From: a virus
Length of the DNA stretch: 64,000 nucleotides
Strand: one strand, 5' to 3'
Virus record (IMG/VR): IMGVR_UViG_3300023110_001595
Coordinates: 1-64,000 of that record
Shown here: piece by piece, positions 27,923-38,246 of the stretch
Numbering within the stretch: the first letter of the stretch is position 1
Layout of the letters: every line of letters starts with the position of its first letter
Translations under genes and position numbers: made by a program
The notes under the pieces: model-generated
Databases searched by the model: none
Told to the model about the DNA's origin: nothing
Seen by the model: only the letters and a program-made list of their open reading frames with translations

Positions 27923-29067
27923 TAAAATAACTCCGGGGTAATCAATGGTTCAAGTTTTTCCCATAATTCTTGATTTTTATCCATCCAATGTTCGTTTCTA
28001 ATCTTATTAAGCTGACTATCGTTGCGCACAAATAGCCCAAAATCTCCTGGTGTTTGCATTTCATTAATTAACAGTTTAAATATTTTTCTATATTGAACAG
28101 GATATTTACTTTGCTTTTCTTCTATGTAATTTAAAATCCAAGATTTTAACGATTCTGGTAAATGGCGTGACCGCATCCATTCCGGACCGTCAACAACTAC
28201 GCATTCATGCCATAGTTTTTCTTCTATACAAAAATCAATAATTTCGTGTATTTTGTTTATATTGTAAATACTTATTGCACTATGAACATTTATATTGTCA
28301 AAATGTTTTTTGTACCATTGAATGTTATTATATACATTTTCCCAATCACTATCCTTACGTAAAAAATCATTCAATCTACCATAACTATCAATACTTAAAT
28401 CAATGTTTACTTTTTTACAGTTTTTAAGTAATTGTAATAGTTTTTCATTAGGAACAATTGATGCATTTGTAACTAATAAAATAGTGATATTTTCAATAGT
28501 GCATTTATTAAGAACTTTTATCAACTTTTCTTGCTCCATCATGGGCTCACCGCCTAATACTTTGATGAAACGTAAATCACTCAGATCATATTCGTCAACG
28601 ATAGTGTTATCTGTAATAACACCACGTGGTATTTCAATTCCTAATTTCTTTGCATCACTATACCAATGTGTACTTAATTGCGGAATACACATTCTACATT
28701 TGTTATTACAAACATTAGATAGTGCTAAATCAATGTTTGTCAATTTTTTAATTTTTCCTCTACCTTCTTCTACCGAAGGTAAACCAAAATCACTTGTCCA
28801 AGGAGAAATTAAATCTAATCTCATACTCCTTGCACTGTGTTTTTCATCTTCGTAACATTTCTTACAACCGTGAACATACTCGTCATTGAGCATTTTTTGT
28901 CGCAACCAATTCATATACTCGTGATTAAATGGATCAGGATGTGCTACATTAAGATCTTTAGGAACTTCATCTTGTTCAAACACACAGCAAGGAAATATTT
29001 GTCCATCAGGACGCATTGCCATATGATGAAATGGCATAACACAAGCATATTTTGGTGGTTTATCCAT
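27922..29067 (-). CDS. N-terminal twitch-domain radical SAM
   Basis: CVMPF..PCC..CKKC followed by CNNKCRMC. Start is likely ATG 29067. Confidence 0.88.
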   Translation of the reverse strand: MDKPPKYACVMPFHHMAMRPDGQIFPCCVFEQDEVPKDLNVAHPDPFNHEYMNWLRQKMLNDEYVHGCKKCYEDEKHSARSMRLDLISPWTSDFGLPSVEEGRGKIKKLTNIDLALSNVCNNKCRMCIPQLSTHWYSDAKKLGIEIPRGVITDNTIVDEYDLSDLRFIKVLGGEPMMEQEKLIKVLNKCTIENITILLVTNASIVPNEKLLQLLKNCKKVNIDLSIDSYGRLNDFLRKDSDWENVYNNIQWYKKHFDNINVHSAISIYNINKIHEIIDFCIEEKLWHECVVVDGPEWMRSRHLPESLKSWILNYIEEKQSKYPVQYRKIFKLLINEMQTPGDFGLFVRNDSQLNKIRNEHWMDKNQELWEKLEPLITPELF

Positions 29068-29614
29068 TCCAATATTCCGGTTGCATTGGATCAATACTTA
29101 ATTCATTAATGTTTAAATGTTTAGGAGTATCAACAATCCATTTGATGTATTCAGCAGCCGCATCAATATCCATACATTTTCTATCAGGATGCTTTTGTTG
29201 ATTATTACTTAGTGTGCCAAAACTGATATAACTGATTTTTGGTCCACTTGCCCAAACACCTGTTAGCCCTAATGTGTTTGAATAATCTCGCAATGCCTTC
29301 TTTTCTGCATTGTACAGCCAAGCACCGCCTTTTTTTACTCTATCTGTTGTACTACCTATATTGATAATATGACAGTTATGCTTTACTAACACACATTTTT
29401 TGTAAACAATGTCTAACAAACTGGTTTGATTAAACCTAAACAAAGCACTACAATTAACAAAAACGTCATGTTCTAGTACTGCTTCTGCACATCGTTCCAT
29501 ATCTAACTTTTTACCGAAATCGTATCCAGTTTCTCTACTGATGAATTCTGCATCAGGATAAATTTTTGCCAATGCAGCAGCTACTCCAAAGTCTTTATTA
29601 CCTGTTATAATCAT
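29060..29614 (-). CDS. short-chain dehydrogenase/reductase (compact)
   Basis: N-terminal IITG..FGV, IINIGS and catalytic YNAEK. Confidence 0.75.
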   Translation of the reverse strand: MIITGNKDFGVAAALAKIYPDAEFISRETGYDFGKKLDMERCAEAVLEHDVFVNCSALFRFNQTSLLDIVYKKCVLVKHNCHIINIGSTTDRVKKGGAWLYNAEKKALRDYSNTLGLTGVWASGPKISYISFGTLSNNQQKHPDRKCMDIDAAAEYIKWIVDTPKHLNINELSIDPMQPEYWNG

Positions 29615-30428
29615 TTATTTCCCTTATTACACTACCTACACGTTTATTTGCCCATTCACGTTCTTCGCACCACCAGCATTGTTTGCATTCCGGTATGTAC
29701 ATACCTACTTTGTAATCTTTAAAATGCCCACAAGCGTCTTTTACAATGTCGTGATGATTTATATCACCTTCGCAACTGCGTGTAATCTTATATAAATCTA
29801 ATATATTGTGTATATAATACTGTGCTACAATCCAATCTTTTTTTACAAATCTAAAAGGATGCACAAATGTTGCATTTACCTTGCCGCTGTAAAACCATAA
29901 ATCAGTTAATTGTCCATCTTCTGCATCTTTGTCTCTGTTGGTCATACGATCTTCACGCAAATCATCAGGATTTTTACTAGTTGCATTGTACACTGCATCC
30001 AAGTTGTATTCCCAAGCAGCAAATTTATTAAAACTACCAACAATAATTTGGTCTCCGCTGCGTCCGTCTATTACAGGACCAATGACTCCGTGTTCTAATT
30101 CTGGAGGAATGTAGGTTGTATATCTGTTTTCAATAATATAAGGAAACAAGTCATTTAGTTTATCAAAAACTTGCATAGAAATATAACCTTGCCAAGGTCT
30201 TGTTTCCCAACAACGTTGATATGTGATAATATCGACTTTAGTATTCAAATTATATCTTTGTATCATACTGCAAAGCAAGTATGTAAGTAATGCACTATCT
30301 GCTCCACCGCTGAGATTTACACCGATACGTTGCCATTTTCCGTCTATAGGAATACTCAAATGCGACACAGTGTGTAACAAAACATTATCAGCAATATTTT
30401 TATACAAGCTATTGTTTACTTCATACAT
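29598..30428 (-). CDS. QueC-like PP-loop ATPase (paralog 3)
   Basis: SGGADS and TRSCEG...CKQCWWCEER. Confidence 0.75.
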   Translation of the reverse strand: MYEVNNSLYKNIADNVLLHTVSHLSIPIDGKWQRIGVNLSGGADSALLTYLLCSMIQRYNLNTKVDIITYQRCWETRPWQGYISMQVFDKLNDLFPYIIENRYTTYIPPELEHGVIGPVIDGRSGDQIIVGSFNKFAAWEYNLDAVYNATSKNPDDLREDRMTNRDKDAEDGQLTDLWFYSGKVNATFVHPFRFVKKDWIVAQYYIHNILDLYKITRSCEGDINHHDIVKDACGHFKDYKVGMYIPECKQCWWCEEREWANKRVGSVIREINDYNR

Positions 30429-31749
30429 TATAAACTAATTCTCCGTCTACGAACTTAAAACGTTGTATATGATCATTGAAGTTTTGATTCCACAATAAAT
30501 CTGATTTAGGAATATATTTTAACAGGGCTTGATAATCTTTATTTGTGGCTTGGTGTTTCATAACATATTCACGCACTTGCTCAATGGCTTGCAATGCACT
30601 GGTAATATCCGTCCACCATCCGTATTTTATTTCTTCATCCCAAACATAATTATACATTTCTTTGGTTGTAAGTATGTTTCTTCTACGTTCTTTATCTAAT
30701 TTAATTACTGCATTCCTTGCATTCTCAATTTCATTAAGTGTCGGTCCTCTGTATTTTAACATCATTACACTAGGATTTAAATACGCAGGTGTATAAACAA
30801 TGCTGCAATTTATATAATCTAATTCAAGCGACAAAAACCCACGCATAACATCTTCAAATTCCATCAACTGATATACACTTGTAGTACATACCAAGTTTAT
30901 ATGACTGTGCTTATTATCAACTGCTTTGAATTTTTCTATGTTTTCTTTTAACTTGTTCCAATCTCCTTGTCTAAAGTATGGATACAGTCGAGGTCCTGCA
31001 TCTACACTTATCATTATATTACAATATCCAAATTTTTTCAAGAGAAAACTTAGGGCTTCTGGATCAAAATCTGCATTAAAATTGCTGTGGAATATAATTT
31101 TTATGTTTTCAGCATTTGGGTGTTCACTAAGTTTTTCTAGTGTGGGCAAAAATTGCTTTTGATACAGCACTTCGCCGCCTGCAAAATCAATTCGTTCCAA
31201 GTTAGGAAAGTTTTTGTTTAAATCTTCGGCTATTTCTAATGCACGTTTGGTGCTGATTTGCATTGTAAAATCATCATCAACAGATGATCTGTGCATACGT
31301 CCGGTAAGTTGATGTAATTGGTGTTTGTAATCATCATCATCAGGTTCATATCCTTTGAGTTTCTTCATCCAACCACTACTAAACACTTGACTGCAATGCA
31401 AACAAGCCATGTTACAACTGTGACTAAAACGTATTTCTACTGTTTTGAGGCCTGCAAAATCTACTTCACCTGTTTCTGGATTGTAATATTTGAGATCTGC
31501 TTCCTGTTCTTGGCGCATACTTTTGCCAGCTCGATCTCTTTCAACGTGTTCGCACATATCACAGCCTACGCTCCACTCACCACGCATCATTTCCAGTCTA
31601 TGTTTGCGGAATAGTTCGTTGTTATAGAACTCGCTGGGCAACCAAGCATCATCTAAAATTTGCATTTTTTCGTGCTGCTGCGGACAACTTGTTACAAAGC
31701 CGTTTTTAAAGTTTAATCCACCTATTGTATAGTAACAAGGTAAGCTCAT
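30421..31749 (-). CDS. N-terminal twitch-type radical SAM
   Basis: PCYY..SC..CDMC followed by CNMACLHC and GGE. ATG at 31749 follows GGAG. Confidence 0.88.
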   Translation of the reverse strand: MSLPCYYTIGGLNFKNGFVTSCPQQHEKMQILDDAWLPSEFYNNELFRKHRLEMMRGEWSVGCDMCEHVERDRAGKSMRQEQEADLKYYNPETGEVDFAGLKTVEIRFSHSCNMACLHCSQVFSSGWMKKLKGYEPDDDDYKHQLHQLTGRMHRSSVDDDFTMQISTKRALEIAEDLNKNFPNLERIDFAGGEVLYQKQFLPTLEKLSEHPNAENIKIIFHSNFNADFDPEALSFLLKKFGYCNIMISVDAGPRLYPYFRQGDWNKLKENIEKFKAVDNKHSHINLVCTTSVYQLMEFEDVMRGFLSLELDYINCSIVYTPAYLNPSVMMLKYRGPTLNEIENARNAVIKLDKERRRNILTTKEMYNYVWDEEIKYGWWTDITSALQAIEQVREYVMKHQATNKDYQALLKYIPKSDLLWNQNFNDHIQRFKFVDGELVYNV

Positions 31750-32594
31750 ATATTCTCCAATAAGAAGCCATTGCAATTATCCAAGCCCCATTGCTTTTCT
31801 TGACAGAAAAAACAGTGTCCGCACTCTGGTGGATATTGTCTATTGCGTCTATATTCTTCGCCAAACTCTCTTACATCGCCTTCGCAACTTCTAGTAAGTT
31901 TTAACAAATCCCATTGATTGTAATTATGATACTGTGCCATTGTAAAGTTTTTTCGTAGTAAACCAAATGGATTAATAGCAGGTCCGCTAATAACCCAATC
32001 CCAGTTGTCTTTCATGTATTCTTCGTTACGGAACGTGGGTTCATCTTCAGTAGCAAACGGCGGATTCATAGTGATACCAGTGTATATTAGATCAATATTG
32101 TATCTGTGCATTACGTATTCTTGGAAATCTAATGTACATAACACATCACAGTTTGCTTCCCTTGGTAGTTTTGTAAACAAGTGTTCTTTGCCTAAACGTG
32201 TAAGCGGTACATCTTCAAACTCTGGAGGTAAAAAGCCCCACACTTGTTCTTGTATAATATTTGGAAAACGTGCCTTTAAATAATTATACACATCTTCTGC
32301 CATTGGTGAAAGCCAAGGCTTTTCTTTCCAAAAACGTACAAGTGTCATACAGTAAATTTTGTTATTGTAATTGTTTTTTTCTATGTAATCACAAAGCATA
32401 TAAGTTAGGATACTACTATCTGCACCACCACTTAAACTAACCAGTAAGTTTTTTGCATTGGGATCAAAATGCACAGGTAATCCATTTATTCTATGTAACT
32501 CAGGATATGGTCTAAACAGTAATTCATAAGTGTCTATAAATTTTTTGTTTTTATATCCTTGTTCTAAATAGTCAAGATAGTGTTTATCGTCCAT
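31746..32594 (-). CDS. QueC-like PP-loop ATPase (paralog 4)
   Basis: SGGADS and TRSCEG...CGHCFFCQEK. Start is likely ATG 32594. Confidence 0.75.
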   Translation of the reverse strand: MDDKHYLDYLEQGYKNKKFIDTYELLFRPYPELHRINGLPVHFDPNAKNLLVSLSGGADSSILTYMLCDYIEKNNYNNKIYCMTLVRFWKEKPWLSPMAEDVYNYLKARFPNIIQEQVWGFLPPEFEDVPLTRLGKEHLFTKLPREANCDVLCTLDFQEYVMHRYNIDLIYTGITMNPPFATEDEPTFRNEEYMKDNWDWVISGPAINPFGLLRKNFTMAQYHNYNQWDLLKLTRSCEGDVREFGEEYRRNRQYPPECGHCFFCQEKQWGLDNCNGFLLENI

Positions 32595-33984
32595 CAAATA
32601 TGTCCTGCATTTTAGGAAATACTTCTGCAAAGCTGTTACCACGTTGTGCATCACATCTTTGTAAAAACTCTTGCATTTCTGGCAAACGTCTACTCCAGTC
32701 TTCACTTTCCATAAAACTTAGCATTCCTTCTAATCTTTTTAATCCATAAGGAGCAACTTTCCATTGATCATAAGTTACTTTACCCTTATGCCAACTAGGT
32801 ACACCTAGTTCCCAATTTTCTTCCCACCAAGGATAAAATTCCTCATACTTTTTACGCACTTCTGCTTTAAACCATTCGGGCAATACTTTTACATTAAGGT
32901 GTGGAGGATGGTATACAAAGTGATAATTAATACCACCTGCACCAAATGGCCACATATTAATTTTTTTAAACTTTTGCGTTAATTTCCATTTTATAAAATC
33001 TGGCAAGTAATAAATGTTTAAGGCTTGTACTGCACAAGCAATTGTAATTTCTACATTGTTACTAGTTTCATTATCTAATATATGAAATACTTCTTCTGTA
33101 CGTTGCCACTTACTTGGATAACGTATATAATCATTCATTTCGTGTATGCTATCTACACTATAATGGAATCGTACTAATTTAAATTCTTTCCATAGATCAA
33201 ATAAATCCTCTCTCCATTCAACTCCATTTGAGTTATAACGTAGTTCAAGATCTTTTGCAATACCTTGTCGTATTGCTTCTTCAAGTATTTCATAATGCTC
33301 CTCAATAATAAGACTTTCGCCACCTGCAAAATAAATTTGCTGCATATTTGGCATTTGTTCATAAAACTGTTTCCAAAATACAGGATTTTGCTTATGCCAA
33401 TTATAACTACTACCGTTTGTGCTACCTTTGTCTTGCCATTGCATTGTTTCTTTTAACGATTCATTTTGAACTGCTGGAAAAATCTTTTTGTAGTCTTTGA
33501 TCCAACCCGAACTATCATGGGGTGAACACATTACACAAGCAAGTTGACATTTTGTACCAAAACGCAAATCAATATATGCAAGCTGTGGAGGTACTTCCCC
33601 GTCCTCTGTTGTATTAGCAATTAAGTCATCTACATTTACACGCTGACTCCAATATGCAGTTTCCCACATACGTTTACTATTGTGCCCAGCAGCTTCTTCT
33701 TTGTAACATTTTAAACAACTAGGAGGCATTTCTCCATTCATCATTTGTTTACGTACATTTTTCATATACTTGCTGTTCCAAGCAGTTTGAAAATCTGTAA
33801 CATTCAAATTATTTGGTTTACCATCATCTGTTTTTAATATGCCAACTTGTCCGCCGTGTTCTTTGTCGTTGGTTGGTCCAACACTTGATGCATTTGCTGT
33901 ACAGCAAACTCTCATACTACCGTCGGGTCTTGTGCTTAGATGCACCCAAGGAAGGATGCAAAAGGTATCGCTTACTTTACTCAT
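32584..33984 (-). CDS. N-terminal twitch-domain radical SAM
   Basis: FCILPW..RVCC..CLKC followed by CQLACVMC and GGE. Confidence 0.9.
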   Translation of the reverse strand: MSKVSDTFCILPWVHLSTRPDGSMRVCCTANASSVGPTNDKEHGGQVGILKTDDGKPNNLNVTDFQTAWNSKYMKNVRKQMMNGEMPPSCLKCYKEEAAGHNSKRMWETAYWSQRVNVDDLIANTTEDGEVPPQLAYIDLRFGTKCQLACVMCSPHDSSGWIKDYKKIFPAVQNESLKETMQWQDKGSTNGSSYNWHKQNPVFWKQFYEQMPNMQQIYFAGGESLIIEEHYEILEEAIRQGIAKDLELRYNSNGVEWREDLFDLWKEFKLVRFHYSVDSIHEMNDYIRYPSKWQRTEEVFHILDNETSNNVEITIACAVQALNIYYLPDFIKWKLTQKFKKINMWPFGAGGINYHFVYHPPHLNVKVLPEWFKAEVRKKYEEFYPWWEENWELGVPSWHKGKVTYDQWKVAPYGLKRLEGMLSFMESEDWSRRLPEMQEFLQRCDAQRGNSFAEVFPKMQDIFDGR

Positions 33985-34026
33985 ACTGTACTTACCTAAT
34001 TATATACATACTTTATGATTATATGA

Positions 34027-35097
34027 TCATTTCCTTGTTTCGTTGGTTTCAACATAGTATAGCTCATTGTGATATGCTTTGTTTTTTGCACAAGTTTTTA
34101 TACATCTAGTCAAATGTAAAGGATGCCCAGGTGTCCAACTAGCTTCCAAAAGTTTTTTATACCATTCATGATTTAAAATGTCATCTAAACTATGTTTTTG
34201 CAAACTATTCCATCCATCGTTAAAATAGTTTAATTTGTCTACAATTTTTTCAGAATTTTTAAAAACACTATCCCATAAAAAACAACAAGGCCAGACAGTT
34301 AAATCATTTGCAATAAAAATTTCTTGTTCGTGAACATATTTACAAGTGATTGTATCAATAATATTTTTTACTTTTTCTTGGTTAGTGTCACGCTTTTTTG
34401 TTTTGTATTCCAAAATAAATTTATCTAATTCTTTTGCTACATCTTTTTGTTTGTGTTCTTTACTTCCAGTGGTAGTAATTACTTTTGTTTCTTTATTGTT
34501 TTTCTTACCAATATGAGATATCCATTGATGGTAACTGTTACGCATACCTGTTCTAGTTGCAAAATCAAAACCTAATACAGCAGCGTGAGCTCGTGCTGTT
34601 ACCAAATCTTTTTCGTTATGATCAAATTCAATAAACACCCACGTGGCGTGTTGTTCTGGTGCATTTTCTGCAAATGCTATCATATTACGTTCTATTGTTG
34701 ACCATTTTGTATTCACTCTATAAATATGATTAGTATCTTTGTGTCCATCAACACAAAAATGTACGTGCAATTTACCTATATATTTTTGAGCTAATTTTCC
34801 TAAATCTATCCACCATTGTTGACTGTTATATCCTCCGTTTGTGCTGTATTCACAATAAGCATTTCTTTCTAAAAGATATTCAGTCATTTTATAACAATCA
34901 GGATTAACTATTGGATCTCCTAACACACCGCAAAACTTAAATTCAACACCATTGTAATTATCATTTGGAAAAATTCTTTTTAGGTCTTCAAAAGTAAAAG
35001 AATTAACTTTTAAATGATTACTATGCAAAGTTCTTGCACAGCCTGGACAAGCTGCATTACAATCACTAGTAATTTCTAGTTCCACTTTTTGTATCAT
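34027..35097 (-). CDS. radical SAM with C-terminal twitch/SPASM
   Basis: CNAACPGC, CGVLGDP, WPCC and CIKTC. Confidence 0.9.
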   Translation of the reverse strand: MIQKVELEITSDCNAACPGCARTLHSNHLKVNSFTFEDLKRIFPNDNYNGVEFKFCGVLGDPIVNPDCYKMTEYLLERNAYCEYSTNGGYNSQQWWIDLGKLAQKYIGKLHVHFCVDGHKDTNHIYRVNTKWSTIERNMIAFAENAPEQHATWVFIEFDHNEKDLVTARAHAAVLGFDFATRTGMRNSYHQWISHIGKKNNKETKVITTTGSKEHKQKDVAKELDKFILEYKTKKRDTNQEKVKNIIDTITCKYVHEQEIFIANDLTVWPCCFLWDSVFKNSEKIVDKLNYFNDGWNSLQKHSLDDILNHEWYKKLLEASWTPGHPLHLTRCIKTCAKNKAYHNELYYVETNETRK

Positions 35098-36173
35098 TTA
35101 AATTGTGCTCCAAACGGATCAAACTCTTTACCGCACTTCATACTACAAACTTTTAATTTGCCATCTGCACAACTAGGCTTGTTCCAACTGGCTTCTATGT
35201 TATCAAATATACCTGTATCAAACACTGCACGTAATCCGTGTGTCTTAGCATCGATTGCATTTTTGCCGCCTACGTCATCAATGAAGTCCCATACTTGTTC
35301 TACTTTAGGATCTTTGTGCCACCATTTATACATACGTCCAGCAGTCCAACAACAAGGCATTGCAAGTCCTTCTGCTGTTATAAACAAGTTGCCTTCGTCT
35401 TTGACTTTACATTGTATTTCTGCTCTGTCATAGTATGCATCCATTGTACCGTGTTTGCTTTTTACCTGGTCATATTGTTTTATAGCTTGGTTTTGATATT
35501 TTTCATCTGGCTTCTTAAGTTGTGCAGTCTTGTTTCCTTTTTTATCTACTGCTTGATGTGACTCTTTCTTTTCACTACTAGCAGTTACAAATCTACCTGT
35601 TTTTTTAGATACAAATCTTTCAAAGCCCATACGTTCACTGATTTCTCTTGCTTCTTCAACTTGATGTTGATTATGCTCAAAAATTAGGAAATCCCAACGT
35701 GCCCTTCCTCCGGCAGCAATAAAACTACGCATTGCTCGTTCTACATTATCCCATACAACACCCTGCCTGTATAGATGATTAGTGTCACTAAGACCATCCA
35801 CGCTAAAAATAACAGTGCCCATCCTGCCGTAGATTTTGGCCAATTCAGCCCACCATGCTTCATCTCTTGCTCCTGCGTTTGTATTCATGCTGAGCCACAT
35901 ATCTTTGTTGTGTTCTCTAAAATATTTGAATATTTCAAGTGTATCTCGTGCAACAATAGGATCTCCTAAATTGCCACACATATACATTGTTTTTAATTGT
36001 GCAATAAACTCTGGTTCAAATATACGTTTACAATCTTCTAGTGTAAGTTCATTCAAATCTATATGCGGATTTAATGCGCCTCCGTTTTGATTACGATCAC
36101 ACATAGGGCAATTAGCCTGACAGTTTTGTGTATTTTCTAAGTGTATACTTCTTATATCTTCATACTTATACAT
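35094..36173 (-). CDS. radical SAM with C-terminal twitch/SPASM
   Basis: CQANCPMC, CGNLGDP, MPCC and CSMKC. Confidence 0.9.
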   Translation of the reverse strand: MYKYEDIRSIHLENTQNCQANCPMCDRNQNGGALNPHIDLNELTLEDCKRIFEPEFIAQLKTMYMCGNLGDPIVARDTLEIFKYFREHNKDMWLSMNTNAGARDEAWWAELAKIYGRMGTVIFSVDGLSDTNHLYRQGVVWDNVERAMRSFIAAGGRARWDFLIFEHNQHQVEEAREISERMGFERFVSKKTGRFVTASSEKKESHQAVDKKGNKTAQLKKPDEKYQNQAIKQYDQVKSKHGTMDAYYDRAEIQCKVKDEGNLFITAEGLAMPCCWTAGRMYKWWHKDPKVEQVWDFIDDVGGKNAIDAKTHGLRAVFDTGIFDNIEASWNKPSCADGKLKVCSMKCGKEFDPFGAQFK

Positions 36174-36897
36174 AATATTTGCCTATAAAATTTAAAATTT
36201 CTTCATTTGTTTTAGGTCCGATATGCTGATTATCAAACGCTGTGTCTAGTCTGATAATGTGAGATACATTAAAAGCAGCAGCAGTAAAATCCTCTAAGGC
36301 AAATTCTACTGTTTTAATGTTAAATAAATTTAACATTTTTATAGTTGTTTCCTTTGCCCATAAAGAATTATATTCTATTAAATTTCCATATCGCATTAAA
36401 GATTTAAATATTTTTGATCTGCCTCCTTCTGCAAGTATGCTTGCAACTGAAGGTGTATTACCTTCATAAGGAAAACATAGTCTCATTTGCTTTGGCCATT
36501 GTATAACAACTAATTTAGGTAATTTTATTTCAGATGTTACTAAATTTAAAACATTCATTAGAATAATATTTGTACTGCCGCCGGAAATTCCTAAATTATA
36601 CACTGGAATATTTAATTTATCTTCTAACAAATTACTGTATCTTTCTTTTTCATATTGAAACAATCCGTATGTATTACTGCAACCGAATGCTAATGCGTAG
36701 TCATTGTTAAACTGAAATTCTGGTGTTCTATATCCAAAAGTATTTGTGTTATAATATATAGGATTTTTTGATAGATTTGCATAGTGCCAATTATCGCCTC
36801 TACGTTTTTTTTGCTTGTTCCAAGTATGTTCGTCTACAGAATTATCCCAATTCTTAATAGACTTTTTAATTCCAACTTTAAGAAAAGGACTAGACAT
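36166..36897 (-). CDS. SGNH-like protein
   Basis: NTFGYR, FGCSNTYG, NLGISGGS and DNQHIGP. Confidence 0.6.
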   Translation of the reverse strand: MSSPFLKVGIKKSIKNWDNSVDEHTWNKQKKRRGDNWHYANLSKNPIYYNTNTFGYRTPEFQFNNDYALAFGCSNTYGLFQYEKERYSNLLEDKLNIPVYNLGISGGSTNIILMNVLNLVTSEIKLPKLVVIQWPKQMRLCFPYEGNTPSVASILAEGGRSKIFKSLMRYGNLIEYNSLWAKETTIKMLNLFNIKTVEFALEDFTAAAFNVSHIIRLDTAFDNQHIGPKTNEEILNFIGKYYV

Positions 36898-38029
36898 TTT
36901 GACTCCTTGCATAAAGTAATAATGCTTCCTTTAATGTATTTTTTCTGCGACTAAGTCTATATAATTCTAAATTATATTTTAAAGCATAATGCATTTCTTT
37001 CCGTATATCTAATAAACTTGCTGTGTCATATTTTTTAAGTTTGTTTAAGTTATCAATAATTATTTTTATTCTGTGTTCAATAGGATAATCGTTATCGTAG
37101 CTTTCATTCCACCAATACTCAAAAGTTATATATCCTTTATTCCTTAATTCTTGTATTATGCCAGGATTACCTAAAGTCATAAAAGGCATTCCAATACCCA
37201 ACGGTTTATAAACTTTTTCACTGAGCAAAAGTCTATCATTTTCCACATCGGTCTCTGTATTTAAGAACAAAAAACTTTCACTACATTCTTTTGGAACAGA
37301 GTTGGTAGGCATTGTACTACTCAAATCCGTTATATCTAATACATCAAATTTCATTCTATCAATTTGAGTATTTGGATACATTTTTTTATAAAATTGGAAT
37401 TCGTCAAATACATTTCCCCAAGTATTATAACCGTCGTGAAAAAGATTTTTTGCTATCAATTGATCTAATAGTAAACAACGATGGTATCTAGCTACTCTAG
37501 TAAGATTTATATATAATTTTTTTGGATTATATTCAACTACATCGTCGTAAGGTTGAAAACGATTCTTCCATCTATCATCGTAAAAAGATTTTCCGTGTTT
37601 GCTGTCAAATTTTTTATCAACTGTAACAGCAAAAAATTTTATATAAGGATATTTAACAATAAAGTAATCAAGGGTCTCGGCGTGTGTTTTTGGACATTCC
37701 ATAATTTCACCAATGCACACATGAACATTAGGCAAAGACAAAAAATTTTTATTTTCGTTTAAAAAAATGTCAAATTTATTTTTCCAACGTTCCACTTTTT
37801 CAATTTTGTCATTTTTAATGTAAGGAACTTGAACAATATAAAATTTATCTTCTCTGTAAGTTTTTGTGTAATCAACTTCGTCAACACTATCGTTGAAATC
37901 TGCAATTACATCCATTAAAATATAATTATACCAAGGAGCACGTAAGGCACGGTTATAAACTGTTATACCTCTATCATCAAAAAATTCATAATGTTTTTTG
38001 CCGAGGTATTTCATTACAATTTTAGTCAT
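36890..38029 (-). CDS. putative glycosyltransferase-like protein
   Basis: C-terminal ET...LSEKVYKP..MPF..G...GY.TF pattern, reminiscent of GT10/GT-B nucleotide-sugar-binding segments. Confidence 0.45.
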   Translation of the reverse strand: MTKIVMKYLGKKHYEFFDDRGITVYNRALRAPWYNYILMDVIADFNDSVDEVDYTKTYREDKFYIVQVPYIKNDKIEKVERWKNKFDIFLNENKNFLSLPNVHVCIGEIMECPKTHAETLDYFIVKYPYIKFFAVTVDKKFDSKHGKSFYDDRWKNRFQPYDDVVEYNPKKLYINLTRVARYHRCLLLDQLIAKNLFHDGYNTWGNVFDEFQFYKKMYPNTQIDRMKFDVLDITDLSSTMPTNSVPKECSESFLFLNTETDVENDRLLLSEKVYKPLGIGMPFMTLGNPGIIQELRNKGYITFEYWWNESYDNDYPIEHRIKIIIDNLNKLKKYDTASLLDIRKEMHYALKYNLELYRLSRRKNTLKEALLLYARSQNV

Positions 38030-38246
38030 CTAAAATTAACCTAACATCTTTTCCAGGACTTGTTTTGCTAGGTAAACCTCCATACTGCTCTATGTACCAT
38101 TCAATAACAGCCTTATACCAGTTTTGACTGTTATGATGTGCTTTTTTATTAAACTGCCAAATATTGTTATTTGTTGCTTGCATTGTGCTCAATGCTCTAG
38201 CACTTTCTTTTTGTAATTGTCTTACATCTAAATCATTTATATCCAA
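38022..38246 (-). CDS. small hypothetical protein (74 aa)
   Basis: Overlap-coupled on both sides within the operon. Confidence 0.7.
   Translation of the reverse strand: MDINDLDVRQLQKESARALSTMQATNNNIWQFNKKAHHNSQNWYKAVIEWYIEQYGGLPSKTSPGKDVRLILDD

Noticed and set aside
20725-32594. Assigning the symbol queC to the four PP-loop genes
   Set aside because: Only the PP-loop and Zn motifs are recognisable. Four divergent copies argue against canonical preQ0 synthase, so they were left as QueC-like.
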